Source: Eledone cirrhosa (taxonomy: Eukaryota). From it: a stretch of 64,000 bases of DNA. The notes under the pieces are model-generated. The model ran no database searches, was not told the DNA's origin, and worked only from the letters and a program-made list of their open reading frames with translations. The stretch lies in assembly GCA_964016885.1 (NCBI GenBank), contig OZ024745.1, positions 48,050,001-48,114,000 on the forward strand, written 5' to 3'. Of the stretch, positions 25,915-41,871 are shown piece by piece; position 1 is the first letter of the stretch, and each line of letters opens with the position of its first letter. A program made the position numbers and the translations under genes.

Positions 25915-27155
25915 CTATGTGGGGTTGTAATACAGGAAAGTTTTGTGCAATTTATGTTTACAAGCCGAAATTGCCTCAGATTTTTTGTTTAAGATGTGGT
26001 CTTTGGCGTAGAGTATTACCAGGGCCTCAGCGGCGCAGAGGTCACATGGTCTTTTATTTTCGTTATACGATCTAGCCCTAGCTAGGATTTCCCAGTGTAA
26101 CTTATATTGGGTGTGGTTGTCTTTTAGACTCCAGATATAAGCTGAAAGTGACGTCATATTCCTTCTTAAAGGGTTACGAAAAGAATGGGTATGCATGTAA
26201 AGACGCTGCTCTATTGGCAGTTAACCCTATGTAGTCCCTACGGGACGTGGGTGTTTCAACCTTACATTTGTAGACAATGTTACTAGAGAGGCATTTCCCG
26301 GATAGGGGGCAGTCAACCCGATTCCTACAATTACAGTTAGTACTAACTACAGGGTTGCACGTGTTCCTACGGCTAGGTAGTTTAGCTAAATTTGAAGCTG
26401 TGATGTTATGTGCAAGGTTAGGCGTCGTAGAGTAAGATATTTTAATAGTATTTCTATTAAAAATGTTACTATATTTATGTGTAGGGGAAAATGCTTCATA
26501 ATAAGGGAGAGAACGATCTTAGCTAATGGTGTGGCCACCTCCATATTATATGGTGGGTTATACCATATAATGCGTCGGGATCTATTTCTTCTAGGTCTAT
26601 TCTCGTACTCTGTATATGCTACCTTATCGACAAATCCACTCCGAGCAAGAGCTTCATTGTAATATGTGGAATGGTCGTTGAAAAAATGCTCGTTAGTAGA
26701 TAGACGGGAAAGCCTCAAAGAAACGTTTCTTACCAGGTTCTTGGTTATGCTGGCAGGATGGTTAGAATGCTTACTTATGTAATTAAGCGTATCATTCGGC
26801 TTTCTATACGGGTAATGCAAGCCATTCGATAAATTGAGGGTAACGTCGAGGTAATTAACGACCGAGAGGTTGGCCTCAACCTGTATGGAGAGGTTGAAGC
26901 TTTTAAAGAAGGCTGTGAGTTCTTTTCTGAACCTGTCGCAAGCACGTGGGCCGCACTTAGTCACGGTCAAAAGACCATCATCACGGTACAAACCACCGCC
27001 CACGTTAGGGAATTCTTCCTTGATAGAGAAAAGAAGGAAAAGGCCGATAAGATCAGTAACCTCCGCGGAATCGCTGGCGCCCATACTCACATCGAATGGG
27101 GTACTATTAAATTTTTTAATCCAAATAGAGTCGTCGAAATTAATCACCGACTTGC
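25915..27155 (-). mobile_element. Penelope-like retroelement, 5'-truncated (RT + GIY-YIG endonuclease)
   Basis: DVSMGASDSAEVTDLIG, GLYRDDGL, YLDVTLNL..YRKPND, IIWYNPPY, then CLSSNIVYKC..YIG and TSLSAYIWSLK...CDLCAAE; frameshifted. Confidence 0.92.
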
Positions 27156-27188
27156 CGATTGGGTGAAGACATGGTGGGGCACCACCGT

Positions 27189-27230
<42 letters not shown>

Positions 27231-27303
27231 ACGGTGGTGCCCCACCATGTCTTCACCCAATCGGCTGGAACACGTAAAAGAGTAAAATATACACACACCC
27301 ACT

Positions 27304-27354
<51 letters not shown>

Positions 27355-27648
27355 TAGCAGAATGGTCCGGCGTTGCTCGGGATTCTAAACATAGATTGGT
27401 ATGTTTATCCCTCCTTTCTGAAACAGTTTCGTCGTATGTTCACCAATTGATGCAGAAGTCCTAATAAAAAGTGAAGTCGCTTTGGGTGAATAGGCAAATA
27501 ATTTTCCATTAAGATTTTTCAAAAGCATGTAATTGCGTTCCCTCTCTTTTTTGTTGTTGTTTTTGCTGCTGTCGAGCCTCATGAAATAAATACGTTTGTT
27601 TATATTTTGTTTTTGTGTATGCAAAAATATTTGTACACGAATATATAA

Positions 27649-28662
27649 TCTATATATATAAAACTGAGGATATCTGTATGTGTGTGTGTGAGTTTGAATC
27701 CCTAAAACTCGAGAAGCACCGAATCGACTGTTTTCAAACTTTACACATGTAATACTTATGTTTCAGAGAGCGTTTTGAGCAAAAAGAATTTTAAATTTCC
27801 ATGCCCTAGGGACCGCATTAGGCGATTACCTATTCTTAATAATTGTGTTTATCATTTCAATTTTATTCCCCTTTTGTCCTTACTTACCCACTAGCTTTTT
27901 ATGTTCTCACATAGGGCTGTGTGCGGGCGCATTTGCAGACAGGCTCATGTGTACATACATTTATAGTATTTTGATTATTTATTTGGACGTGTGTGTGTAT
28001 GCGTATATGTGTGTATTTGTGCGTGTATATATGTGTGCATATATATATATATATATATATAATGTATACGTTTACGTACTTTTCAAGTATATGCGCGTGG
28101 TTGAGTGTGTGTATGTTTATATATTTATTGTTTTTATATATATATATATATGTATTCTTTTTCTTCTTCTTCTTCGCCCGTTGTTTCCTCAGCCTCACTT
28201 TCATATTTCTTACATTTTGTTTTCAAATCCATATTTAATAAAACACCATGTTTTATTCATTCTGACGACTGAAAACATATCTGCTTTCAAGAAACCACTG
28301 GTAAATGAAATAATTATCTTATGTTGTTTATTACATAACTGTGTGTGTATATATGTATATATAGTGCGTGTGTATATATATAGTGTGTAACGTTTTTCAA
28401 AATATTTACTTCTGCGTTCACAGATTGATTTTTTTAGTTTCAGAAGATCCGTTAAGGGTGAAAGTAGCGATTCTTTGCTTAAACTTTAATCTGTTATTTT
28501 AATATATATATAATTATATATTCGTGTACAGATATTTTTGCATACACAATAACAAAATATAAACAAACGTATTTATTTCACGAGGCTCGATAAGGATAAA
28601 TATATATCAAATATATAAGAACCCCAGAGCAAATCCCGAGCAACGCCGGGCCATTCTGCTAG
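27649..28662 (+). mobile_element. Non-autonomous Helitron-like element (inner copy, same family, opposite orientation)
   Basis: A|TCTATATATATAAAA start and CCCGAGCAACGCCGGG...CTAG|T end. Its 5' region is the reverse complement of 28940-29101. Confidence 0.72.
28436..28485 (+). ncRNA. Hammerhead motif (CAGAAGA variant) inside Helitron
   Basis: AGTTT-CAGAAGA-TCC GTTAA GGGT-GAAA-GTA..TGC-TT-AAACT; an inverse partial copy lies at 28676-28713. Confidence 0.55.
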
Positions 28663-28770
28663 TATCTATTAAAATAATCGCTGCTTTCACCCTTAACGGG
28701 ATCTTCTGAAACTAAAAAAATCAATCTGTGAACGCAGAAGTAAATATTTCGAAAAACGTTATACACACAC

Positions 28771-28802
<32 letters not shown>

Positions 28803-29370
28803 TTATATATACATACACACACACAGATAGCGTTATAATGTCGTAATGCAGACAGCCAGACAGATATTATAAGGGCGCGACATTATAGCTATATATCTAT
28901 CTAAAAAGACAGACTAAGAATTATAGAGAGATCGCTAAACGGCGCCTAATGCGGTCCCTAGGGCATTGAAAATTTGAAATATCTTTTGCTCAAAACACTC
29001 ACACGACCATAAGTATTACGTGTAAAGTTTGAAAACAATCGGTTGGGTGGTTCTCAAGTTTTAGGGAGTCAGACAGACATTCTATGTTTTAGATATATAG
29101 ATATCAAATTAAAAAACGGAGTTAAAGAGTCACATTAATCCCCCATAATTTAATGGGCTAAAGGAATAGATTCCGGACTCTTTACAAATCAGCATATAGA
29201 GAGAAGTACTCATAGAGATATGTGTTATTGTTATTATTGGATGACTAGTACACTTTAATTTATTGATTTGTATTCACCTTTCCTTTCGTAGTCAATATGT
29301 TCATTACTCTGGTGATTTTTGATCCCCTATGATTGAACACACATCTCTCTGTGTACTCTCTCTCTCTCTC

Positions 29371-29488
<118 letters not shown>

Positions 29489-30059
29489 TATGTATACGTA
29501 CATACATATATGTATACAGACATACAGTAGTATGTATATATATATATACATGCATGCACACATATATATATATATGTACGTATGGATTTACCGAGCATTT
29601 ATTATAATGCTCGGTGTGTTTGTAAACAAACATCCCAAATTAAGCCGTACAGTGTTTAGCAACCATCGTTGCCCTTTTGTTCAACACTGACAAAGGAACG
29701 ATGTACTAGTTTCAAGCTTATTAGCTATCGTCAGCACCGTATACCTTCCTGCCAGATGATTGAACGTCTGAAAGTATATACTTTCGTTATGCATATTAAC
29801 GGCTGAGCAGCCTAATTTGCATATCGAGTGAGTTAATCGGCTGGGCGCACCGAAAACGATAAACGGAAAAAATGAAACGAAATTTCATTTCTCACTCTTA
29901 GTACGGCTGTTACTTAAATATAAGTATGTATACGTACATAGATATATGTATACAGACGTACAGTAGTATGTATATATATATACATACATGCACACATATA
30001 TATATTTAAGTAACAGCCGTATTAAGAGTGAGAAATGAAATTTCGTTTCATTTTTTTCC

Positions 30060-30096
<37 letters not shown>

Positions 30097-31649
30097 GTAT
30101 TTCCTTAGAAAGGGTAAAGAAAGGGAGAGTGCTCTATGTATGCTACAGAGCTATTTAAGTATGTAACAAACAACACAAAACAATTATTCCATTTACCAAA
30201 GGTTTCACGAAGACAGGCGAGCTCAACAGAGACGTCTGGAATCGTTCATCAAATGAACGATTTCAGAGACGTTTCTGTTGAGCTCGCCTGTCTTCGTGAA
30301 ACCTTTGGTAAATGGAATAATTGTTTTGTGTTGTTTATTACATAATATATATATATATATATCGTGAAACTAATAAACCTTTGTTCGTACTGCCTCTCTG
30401 TTTTGTTCCTGTTTCATTTTTCACTATACATATATATATATATTGTATAGACATGAGCATTTTTGGCTATAATTAGGACTACTCGTTGAGAAGTATCCCC
30501 AGTTCTGATTTGCTAATAATCAGTTTCTAATACTTGTAATTGGAAAATATTTTCAGGAGTGGAAACCATTTAGTCTAGATGCTAAGATATAAGTATTTTA
30601 ACTCTTTCTTAAGGTAGAATTCTTGGATATCTTTGATTGTTATCAGTCTAATTTTTTCTATTCGGATATCGCTTTCCTAACAACTTATCACATTGACAAC
30701 TTCTCATCGCACGTGTTATCGTTGAACAGTTTTTTAGGGGGTAAGGTCGAAATGATTGCGATCGCTTCTTTGGCATTGAATCGATCTAAATTCCTCGTTA
30801 TATGTGTGCAGTGGCGGACAGGGTCTAAAAATATTGGTTGCCAGGAGATAAAGGGCGCCCACCCACATATAGAACACTATCTTTTAATTTTTATAATTAA
30901 TGAATAACATTTTCGAAAAATATATGAGTGAAAACAAAACAATGCAATCAAATTCTTGCGGGAAAAAAATGTGTATTTTTTTATTACTAATTATAGAGTA
31001 TATATACTGTATATATTACTGGCAGTATACAGTAATACTAAATGTTAATATAGAATGTTATAATTGAATTTTTAAATAATTGTGAATGTATAGTATACTG
31101 TTATAACAAAATACTGGTGTGTATGAATATAGCAAGACACTAGGTTGTGTGTATAAAGTTTAATTAACAAGTTGAAGTTATGTAGAATAGAATAGTTGAC
31201 ATGTCCATGGGTAGATGAAAGAATGAAGTAAAGTTATTTGTTACCGTTTTGAAGTGAGCTCGTAAGAGACCATGTTCAGGGTTGCCAGAGAGTAGAGCCA
31301 CGGCGAACGTGCCTGGCCACAGGCCAGCAGCCAAAAGGGCAAATGAGAGAGAGATCGCTCTGAGTATCCCTTTTATAAGGTCCCAGAACGGAAGTGACAA
31401 AAAGGGTTCTGCCACCCCAACGGGAAGTAACTCCAGCTACTTCCTGTCTAGAGAGCGGCGATGTGATTGTCATAACAAAGAAGGCAACTCTTGCTACACT
31501 GTTGTTATACAAAGCATATAAATAAATTTACAGTAGAATAACATAACAAATATGTTTTAAATAAATACATAAATAACATTACAAATGCTTAGATAACATT
31601 ATAAATTGCTTGCGATTCTTTCAGAAGGATATATTCTTTTAATGTTGCA

Positions 31650-32400
31650 ATATCAAAGAAAATGTAAAGGAAGGGGTGAACAACCGAGCCAACACCAGAG
31701 CAAAAGACAGCAGCGTCGCGAGGAGTACCTGTCAACCTCTCTAATTATTTTTGAGGGAAGCCAGCACACTCGCAGCATTGCCTCGGGTGATGGCGAGGCT
31801 GATGCGCTGGAACAATCAAGCGCCCTCGCGAGACTCACCAGTTACCTTTATTAGGCGAGCCGCCAGTGAAGAGAGGAACCTCGCAGTCAGCGGCCCGACT
31901 CCCCCAACGTCCCGAAAGCCACAGACTGAAAAATGTAGCTGGCCGACTGATCACAGTATTTGAGGGTGTTACTCCGCTCGGCTGCAGAAGCTGTGGCTCT
32001 CGCCCTAACCGCAGCATCCAGGATGTGGGAAAGAGCAAAAGAGTCACTAACAGTGACGTCCCAGACAAAGCACCTGCCTCTCGACCAGGGGCACAAGGTA
32101 AGGCCGTCACTTCTGGACAACCCAGATGGTTCTAAGATTGAGGGGATGTTCGCTCGGGCCAAAGCTCTCTTGAGAATGAGGTTTAGCTCCGTGTGATGCG
32201 CGAAGCGGATGGCATTCAGGCGGCAAGAAAGACCGTGGAGGCCTGTGGAGTCGAGGAGTTTGCCTCATCGGTACCTCAAACCCATGCAGACGTCAGCTCC
32301 CACTCTGAGGGCGATGGAGACACGAAGTTCCTCCAGGCTGAGTAAGCCACCAACGTTGGCCACGGGTAGGGCATCAACCCAGTCGCCAGAGACTTTCAAT
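31650..32400 (-). mobile_element. CRE-like non-LTR retrotransposon 3' end (zinc knuckle + restriction-like endonuclease)
   Basis: HGLSCR..HTELNLILKRAL..IPSILEPSGLSR, DGLTLCPWSRGRCFVWDVTV and YIFQSVAFGTLG. Confidence 0.8.
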
Positions 32401-32869
32401 AATGACCTTTGGTCTTTCATACTCACTCAATATATATATATATATATATCTGGGAGTCTGTGTATGTACATGTATATATATAGAGATATATACAGAGGTG
32501 GAACACTGGAAGTTAATATCCGTAGTGGTAGAGCACCCAGTCCATGGGACGAGTTAGGTAGAAGTGGTAACACAACAGTTAGTTCACCATACCGAGAACA
32601 ATTGTTTCACCTTAGCGCATCCTCAGCTCGTAATGGACATGGTTATACGGAACAGGAAGGACAACCGTATGAACGCGTATGCGCAGAAACGGTCACTTTA
32701 CCCAGGCAATACAAAATTGCGTGCGAGAGGTGTAAGGGAGATAACTGAGAAAGTCCGAAAGGGTCTAGTTGATAAGAAAATTAGGATGTCGTTGTTATTC
32801 AATCTGGAGCTTTGTAGTTATTTAAGAGGTGTTTACAGACATGTGGACAACGTGTGAAGAATTCATTTC

Positions 32870-34880
32870 TTGAGTTTAGGCAATCGTTATTGCGTAATTT
32901 CTTTAGAATATTTATCCGTTCATCAATACATGGTCTACAAGACGGATTTCCCCTTGCGTATGGCTTGGACTTAGTGGTGGCTTTCCATTGAACGGAGTAG
33001 TCTATATTTGAGTCCTTGAGGGACCATACGTGGCTCGCGAGTTTCGTAGATGATCGTTTGTCCGGGTACCTAATAGTCGACTGGTGGTTCAGGAAGCGTT
33101 CCTTAAATCGGCCCTCCGCGCCATACCCTCATAGGATTTGACCTCCTGTGGTTGATTTGGTCGGTTGGAAATGACCACAGTTTCATAAACTACAGCGGGT
33201 GTGTTGCATTGCTGTTGAAGGGGACACGATTCAGGCTTTCGGCAAGAACACCCTGGTGGGGTGTTGCTCTTAGGGCTGTTGGTGGTGTGGGCCTTCATAT
33301 TCTTAGCGCAGGAGTACCCTAGTTTTACTTTGTGTCTGTTAAAGATGGAGCGGTATTTGTGACCTATGGGAAAGTGTCTATCTAAGAGGGCTAAAATATT
33401 TTTTCCTACATTAGTTTTAACGTTGAGTGAGAAGGGAGGAGAGAACCAGATAGTTTCTCTATTGTTACGCGTTATTTTCTTATTGTTGTTGTTGTTAGTG
33501 GGAGAGTAAGTGATAGGTTGCGAGAAGCCGCTGTTAGCTAACACCGTGTTATATTAGAGTGCCGCTCTGTCAAAGATAGCCTTACTAAGGTTAGAGATTC
33601 TAGTACTGATATTATTTACGAAGTTTCTAAAAACAGTGGGAGGGTGGCATGAGTCCTTGTGAATATAATTGAGTTTTTCGTTAAGCTTATGGAAGGGTCT
33701 GTAGGTGTGTGTGCGAAGGTCTAAATTAATGTCTAAGAAATCTAGGCTAGAGAGGTTGGTAGCTATTGTTATCCTAAGTCCTAACTCATTGAAGGTAGAA
33801 GTTCAGTCTTTTTTAAACCGGTCGAGGTCGTGACCACTTTTATGGCTCGATAAGGTCAGGCCATCGTCGCGGTATATTCACGTGTGGAAGTCCGGGAATC
33901 TAACACGTAATATGTCTAAAATAAATAGGCCAACCAAGTTGCATACGTCAGCACTGTCAAACGATCCCATGGAGACGTCGAATAGTTCTGAAGTGGTTGC
34001 CCAGGCTACTCCGTTGTTGAAGAGGGGGGTTTTCAGGCAGTGAGCGATGATTTCCCTGTCTAAAACATGGACAGGAGTGTAAGTGGTAGCAAAGTCCAAC
34101 GCTTTGTTTAACAGGGTCTCTGAGATCGATGGGTAAAAATCTACAATGTCGAATTGCGTGAATTTCGCTTTTTTGGATTTGAAGGAGTTAAACCACTTAA
34201 TGACGGAGTCGCTGTTCTCCAACTGGGACAGGTTGGACTTGGTCCTAATGGTCTTAACTATGTTTCTAAGTATGGCCTTACTGACTAGTCCCATATCTGT
34301 GCGTGCTGGGTTTAGTAGTTTACACGTGGGACTAGAAGTAAATTCTACTTTGTTATCTTTCAGAGTAAGGAACGCCTCCCGCTTAGCTAAGCATCGTAGC
34401 TTCTTATCTACCTAAAGGGCGGCGGAAAGATCTTTGGCTTCTGTATTGATGTCGTGGTAGGCCATAGGGTTAGGCTTCTTATATTTAGAGGTAATAGCGT
34501 TATGGGCCAGGTGGTTGTAAGTAGTGTTGTCGACTTCGTAAACATTATTGGTTTTCTCAGAAAGAACGAAAGTGTTATTGGAAGACCTAAATTTCTTAAT
34601 ATCATTTCTAAGTTTAGTTTGAAAGGTGTTAGGGTGTTTGCGAAAGGAAATGTTAGCGACTAAGTCAAGAAGGTCCGCCTCGAAAAGAGCGAGTTCAGTT
34701 ACCGTAGGCTCTCGATTTCAGGTTGAAGGTGTTACTGGTGCCTGTAATTTTGCCGTCAAAAGCTAGGGCTCGCCATCTTAAGCGTCTGACATCTACTTTT
34801 TGTAGGAGTAGCTTTTGGTAAACATGGTTGGAGTGAGTGGGAATATTCTTCAGTGAGTTATCCAGTTCGTATAAATCCAT
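32870..34880 (-). mobile_element. Penelope-like retroelement, near full-length ORF, decayed
   Basis: SLKNIP N-terminus, FDIVDFYPSI, VSMGSFDSADVCNLVG, YRDDG, IWFSPPFS, and GIY-YIG region CNTPAVVYE..SYEG..FKERFLNH; multiple frameshifts. Confidence 0.92.
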
Positions 34881-35033
34881 TCTGACGTTGATGAGACACA
34901 AAGTTGTGTAAGACACTTGTTCAAAAAATATTTGGCGACTCATTCTCCTTAGGGACTTTAAACTGAAGAACTAACTACTAATTGATTTTACATATGGGGC
35001 CCGCTTGCCATTGGGCAACCTGGCCAATCCGCC

Positions 35034-35172
<139 letters not shown>

Positions 35173-36129
35173 GCGCGCGTGTATTGTATTTACATTAAAA
35201 TATTTTAACATAATAAATGATGGCATTCCTATATAATAGTATCAGAAATGATCAATTTGACTTTTATTTTGTTTAAATGGTCTTTGAATTGGCTATAAAA
35301 TAAATCGATAGCAAGTCCTTTTTACAGACCTCGGAATAAGCTAGAAAACCGTCCTAATAAAAAAAACTGTGGAACAAAATACAAAACATCGTAAATGCGG
35401 GCGAATTCCTAAAATATTGGAATTTTCGACGATGAAAAACCAAATGCCGCAGATGATAGCAAGACTAAGGCGCTGAAATAGCCAAGCAACCCTCACGAGC
35501 ATCAATTGACACTTCAGTAAGGTGACCTGCTAACAATAACAAGAACCTCGTTTATTCTACAACATTGAATCCTTTTAAGTAAATTAACTAATTAATGAGA
35601 GGAAAAGGAAATTTAAATAACTAAAGAAGCAATAACGTTAATTACTGTGTAAAACAACAAACTCTACAGAGAAAATGAAACCAACATGAACCAAAAAAAA
35701 AATGTAGTTGGCCCAAAATAGAAATTCTCATTAGAATTACCAACAGTCACTCCTATTGAGATTTGGAAAATTCGTTTTTTGTTTGTTTGTTTTTTTTTGT
35801 TTTTTTTTTGTTTTTTTTTTGTTTTTTTAAATTAATTTCATTATGTTGCATCCTACGACAAACGGGTATGTAGATTTGTTTCTTTACGTATATGATATTT
35901 ATGTTTTATGCTTCCGCTGTACGCGTGAGAGCGTAGCATGTTTCGTAAGCAACACGTAAATATCACATGTATGAAATGGATACTCGGCGATATATGTAAA
36001 AGAGTTCGTTTTTCACTTCATTATCTACACGACAGTCATAGCCATGGCACTCTTAAACCCATTACTGTGTTTCCTGCTTGCACATTTCACAAGGTAAGAT
36101 ATTAACAATTTAACATTTAAATACACTGA

Positions 36130-37375
<1,246 letters not shown>

Positions 37376-37382
37376 ATAGCAA

Positions 37383-37660
37383 CTAACAACGCTGCGATCG
37401 AATGTGGCTTTTTAGCCCAGCCAATGATCTAAAATGTCTTGCACAGAGTCGGCAACCAAAACATTTACTGGGAATAGTCGGCTGTGGTTGGAGTTCGTGT
37501 ACTTTTGCATGTCGCTTGAGCCCTCCTGCGGATTTACATTCTCTACCACATGTTTGGCAAGCATGATGAGTAGCATCTCCAACAGCAGCCTGGTAGTCAA
37601 CCACTGGTCTTACTTTATGACCAGATTTCAACCCCAACATCTAAAACAACAACACCGGCA
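37383..37660 (-). mobile_element. LINE 3' fragment with two C2H2 zinc fingers
   Basis: CQTCGRECKSAGGLKRHAKVH and [17 protein letters not shown]; a related fragment lies at 63780-63915. RTE-type LINEs often end in such fingers. Confidence 0.55.
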
Positions 37661-37731
37661 CTAATGTTTACAGCAACAACAGCTTCAGAATGAACTGAAA
37701 TGAACATACATACATACATACATACATACAT

Positions 37732-38220
37732 GAGACAGATGGCACTAAGGAATACTGGTGGAACCTGAAAATAAAAACTGCCACCAAATTAAAGCACAAC
37801 CGACCTGATATTGTTGTTTGGGACCACACATTGAAAACGTGTTCTGTTGTGAAGATCAGCTGCCCACTTGTGTAAACGTTGTCAGAAAAATACAGGAGAA
37901 GGAGGACATCTACAGACCATTGATGAGGAGTTTACAAATCCAGTATCCAAGATACACCTTTAGCTTCATACCCATCATTATTGGAGCTACGGGTTATATA
38001 CCAACCCGCTTGGACCAAAGTATGACTGAACTTGGATTTGCGGATAAAGAGCGCGGCTCCCTAATTCATAGTCTACAAATGGCTGCGATAGCTGGCACCT
38101 TCAAAATTTGCAAAACATACTTGCGATTCAAGGGATGACAATTTCTTTTCTTTTACAATCTTGCCACCAGGAAGGTGGCCGGTCAAAAAAATATACTCGA
38201 AATTAAGAGAAAGAGATAAC
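37732..38220 (+). mobile_element. R4/Dong-like non-LTR element 3' end (restriction-like endonuclease)
   Basis: EYWWN..IKT..HNRPDIVVWD..C..ISCP, EKEDIY, FIPIIIGATG and GTFKICKT; (TACA)n on both flanks. Confidence 0.8.
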
Positions 38221-38238
38221 ATACATACATACATACAT

Positions 38239-38285
<47 letters not shown>

Positions 38286-38501
38286 GTGCGTACCAAAATA
38301 TATTTTGCAGAATAAGTTTGATTTAGTGTACTTTCCAAAATCAAAACAGTCGTTTATCTCCATCGCATGTGTTTCGTCTACTTGTAAACAAAGCACGCAA
38401 CTCTGTCAGCGCATTTATATTAATGTTTATCTATTTATCTATCTATTTATCTCTCTCTTTGTATTGTCCCTTTTTCTTGTACGCCCTTGTGGCAAATGAA
38501 G

Positions 38502-38578
<77 letters not shown>

Positions 38579-38791
38579 ATATATATATATATATATATAT
38601 ATAGATAATTTAATATATCAACTAACATAAGCGCACAGATGCACGTCCATGCCAGCAAATACACAGTTTACGTCATAGTACCTAGGTGGTTCAATGCAGG
38701 AGGATGCAGAACAATAATATAAAAGACGTAAAATAAGAAAATATTTTTTAAAATAATTAAAAAAAAATTTTTTTTTTACTTACTTACTTAA

Positions 38792-38853
<62 letters not shown>

Positions 38854-39143
38854 CAAGAAAGAAGAGTGATCCTCAGCTCGTATATATATATATATATATA
38901 TATATATACTGTATATATATATATACTGTATATATACACAATAAAGCAATGCAAATATCGGATAAGTAGCACTCAACAGTTTAAAATAGCACTCAGATAA
39001 AATAGACATGATATGAAGCTTAAAAAAGACACCTGTGAGCACTGACACTGATGAGAACGCAAATATCATCCCTGGATGATATTTGTTTTTGAAATGCGCA
39101 TAATAAAATACATGGAACTTTTCTAACCATCTTTTAATTTCTT

Positions 39144-39178
<35 letters not shown>

Positions 39179-39260
39179 GTTATTCCGGGTTGAATCGGAG
39201 GTAACCACAGTAAGTAAGGTACTCAATACATAGCAGAGTATAACAGTTTTAATATAGATG

Positions 39261-39311
39261 AGATTCTACAGGACTAGAACTGTTTCATTCATTAGAAATC
39301 ATCAGGAATCT
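39261..39311 (-). ncRNA. Type I hammerhead ribozyme
   Basis: AGATTC-CTGATGA-TTTC TAAT GAAT-GAAAC-AG TTCTAGTC CT-GTA-GAATCT: perfect 6-bp stem I and GUA cleavage triplet. A degenerate paralog lies at 43227-43270 (+). Confidence 0.8.
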
Positions 39312-39779
39312 GGGTATCAAAAAATAAATATGGTATTTATAGGTCTCTACAAGTGGTAGGAGAGGGTGGGGAGTTGGATGGGTGCAGGTCATTGGTTGAT
39401 AGAAAAGGGAATTCATTAAAAGCTAATTCTACAAAGCTATAGTTAATTTTTATTTTTATTTATATTTATTTATGTTTTTAGAGTAACAAAGGCAGACAAA
39501 ATTCTATAAACAGGTTCCGGATGGCATACCATTCCTTGTCAATAAGTTTCTCTTAAGCTAACAGATGTCTATAAAATCAGTGGGGGGTCAGTCAAGCTCG
39601 ATAGAATTAAAGAAGAGGGAGATTCTTTAAAAGCTAAAGTCATTAAGGTTCTACTAAGTGACAAAGGTCTAGGGAATTCTGCAGACAGATTCAAAATACT
39701 GAGTGCATATCTTACTATTATCTTCGAACTTCTCTTAAACTAATCAACAATATGCCAAAATCAACAGACACATTCACAA

Positions 39780-40045
39780 AAAAACAAAAAAACAAAAAAA
39801 CAAAAAAACAAAAAAACAGAAAAACAAAAAAACACACATAAAAAACAAAAAAAAACACACATACTCACTCACACACTTACGCGCAACCATAAACACACAC
39901 ACAAACACATATACACACATAAAAACACACACACATATATAAAAAATATATAAATATATATAAAAAAATATATATTCATGTACACACACATACAAACACA
40001 CATACATACATACATATATAAAATACATATACACATATACATACG

Positions 40046-40103
<58 letters not shown>

Positions 40104-40156
40104 TATATATATATATATACATATACACATATACACACATATACAAACACACATAC

Positions 40157-40208
<52 letters not shown>

Positions 40209-40224
40209 ACACACACACACACAA

Positions 40225-40257
<33 letters not shown>

Positions 40258-40263
40258 CATACA

Positions 40264-40337
<74 letters not shown>

Positions 40338-40466
40338 CATACACATACATACACACACACACACATATATACACAAATAAATAGACTCACACGCATACAT
40401 ACAAACACGAGTATACATATGTATAAATATCTATACACACACACATACACACACATATATATATAC

Positions 40467-40497
<31 letters not shown>

Positions 40498-40550
40498 CAT
40501 ACACATATATATACATATATATATATATACATACATATACATACACATAT

Positions 40551-40588
<38 letters not shown>

Positions 40589-40606
40589 ATACACACACAT
40601 ACAAAT

Positions 40607-40680
<74 letters not shown>

Positions 40681-40813
40681 ATACATACACAAACATACAC
40701 ATACATACACAGACCTATACATAAATATACACATATATATACAGACATATAACGCACATATACAGACACACATATACATACACACATACATATACATACA
40801 TATATATATACAT

Positions 40814-40911
<98 letters not shown>

Positions 40912-40927
40912 ATACACATACACACAT

Positions 40928-41001
<74 letters not shown>

Positions 41002-41073
41002 TGACGCGCGCATGCACACATACACACACCCACACACAAAATATATATACACACACACACTCTCTCTCTCATG

Positions 41074-41129
<56 letters not shown>

Positions 41130-41215
41130 CACACACACATACACACACACATACACATATATATACATATATATACATACGTATACATATATATACATAT
41201 ATATACACATATATA

Positions 41216-41263
<48 letters not shown>

Positions 41264-41360
41264 TATACATATATATATATATATACACACACCTGCCCAC
41301 ACAATCATATACATATATATATATACATATATACATATACACACATATATATATATACAT

Positions 41361-41423
<63 letters not shown>

Positions 41424-41508
41424 CACACATACATACATACACACATACATACATATACATGCATACATATATACATATATATATATATACATACACACAC
41501 ATATATAT

Positions 41509-41565
<57 letters not shown>

Positions 41566-41714
41566 TATACACACACACATACATATACACATATATATAC
41601 ACACATATACACACACATACATACATACACACATACACAGACATATACATAAACATACACACACACATACACACGTATACATACATACATACATACACAT
41701 ACATACACACATAC

Positions 41715-41757
<43 letters not shown>

Positions 41758-41797
41758 TATATGTATACATATATACATACACATATACATATATATA

Positions 41798-41871
<74 letters not shown>

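Larger units (their letters stand above)
27354..29101 (-). mobile_element. Non-autonomous Helitron-like element (outer copy)
   Basis: Minus strand A|TCTATATATCTAAAA at 29101, and 3' hairpin CCCGAGCAACGCCGGA...CTAG|T ending at 27354. Confidence 0.7.

Noticed and set aside
29745-29790. Hammerhead candidate CAGATGA...GAAA-GTATATAC-TT
   Set aside because: No stem I complement follows the putative cleavage site.
31239-31477. Possible solo LTR (TGTTA...TAACA)
   Set aside because: There is no target-site duplication and the boundaries are ambiguous.
37383-37640. Host C2H2 zinc-finger gene
   Set aside because: It has only two fingers, no TGEKP linkers and no exon context; it lies among microsatellites and has a related decayed copy at 63780-63915. 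A LINE 3' end fits better.
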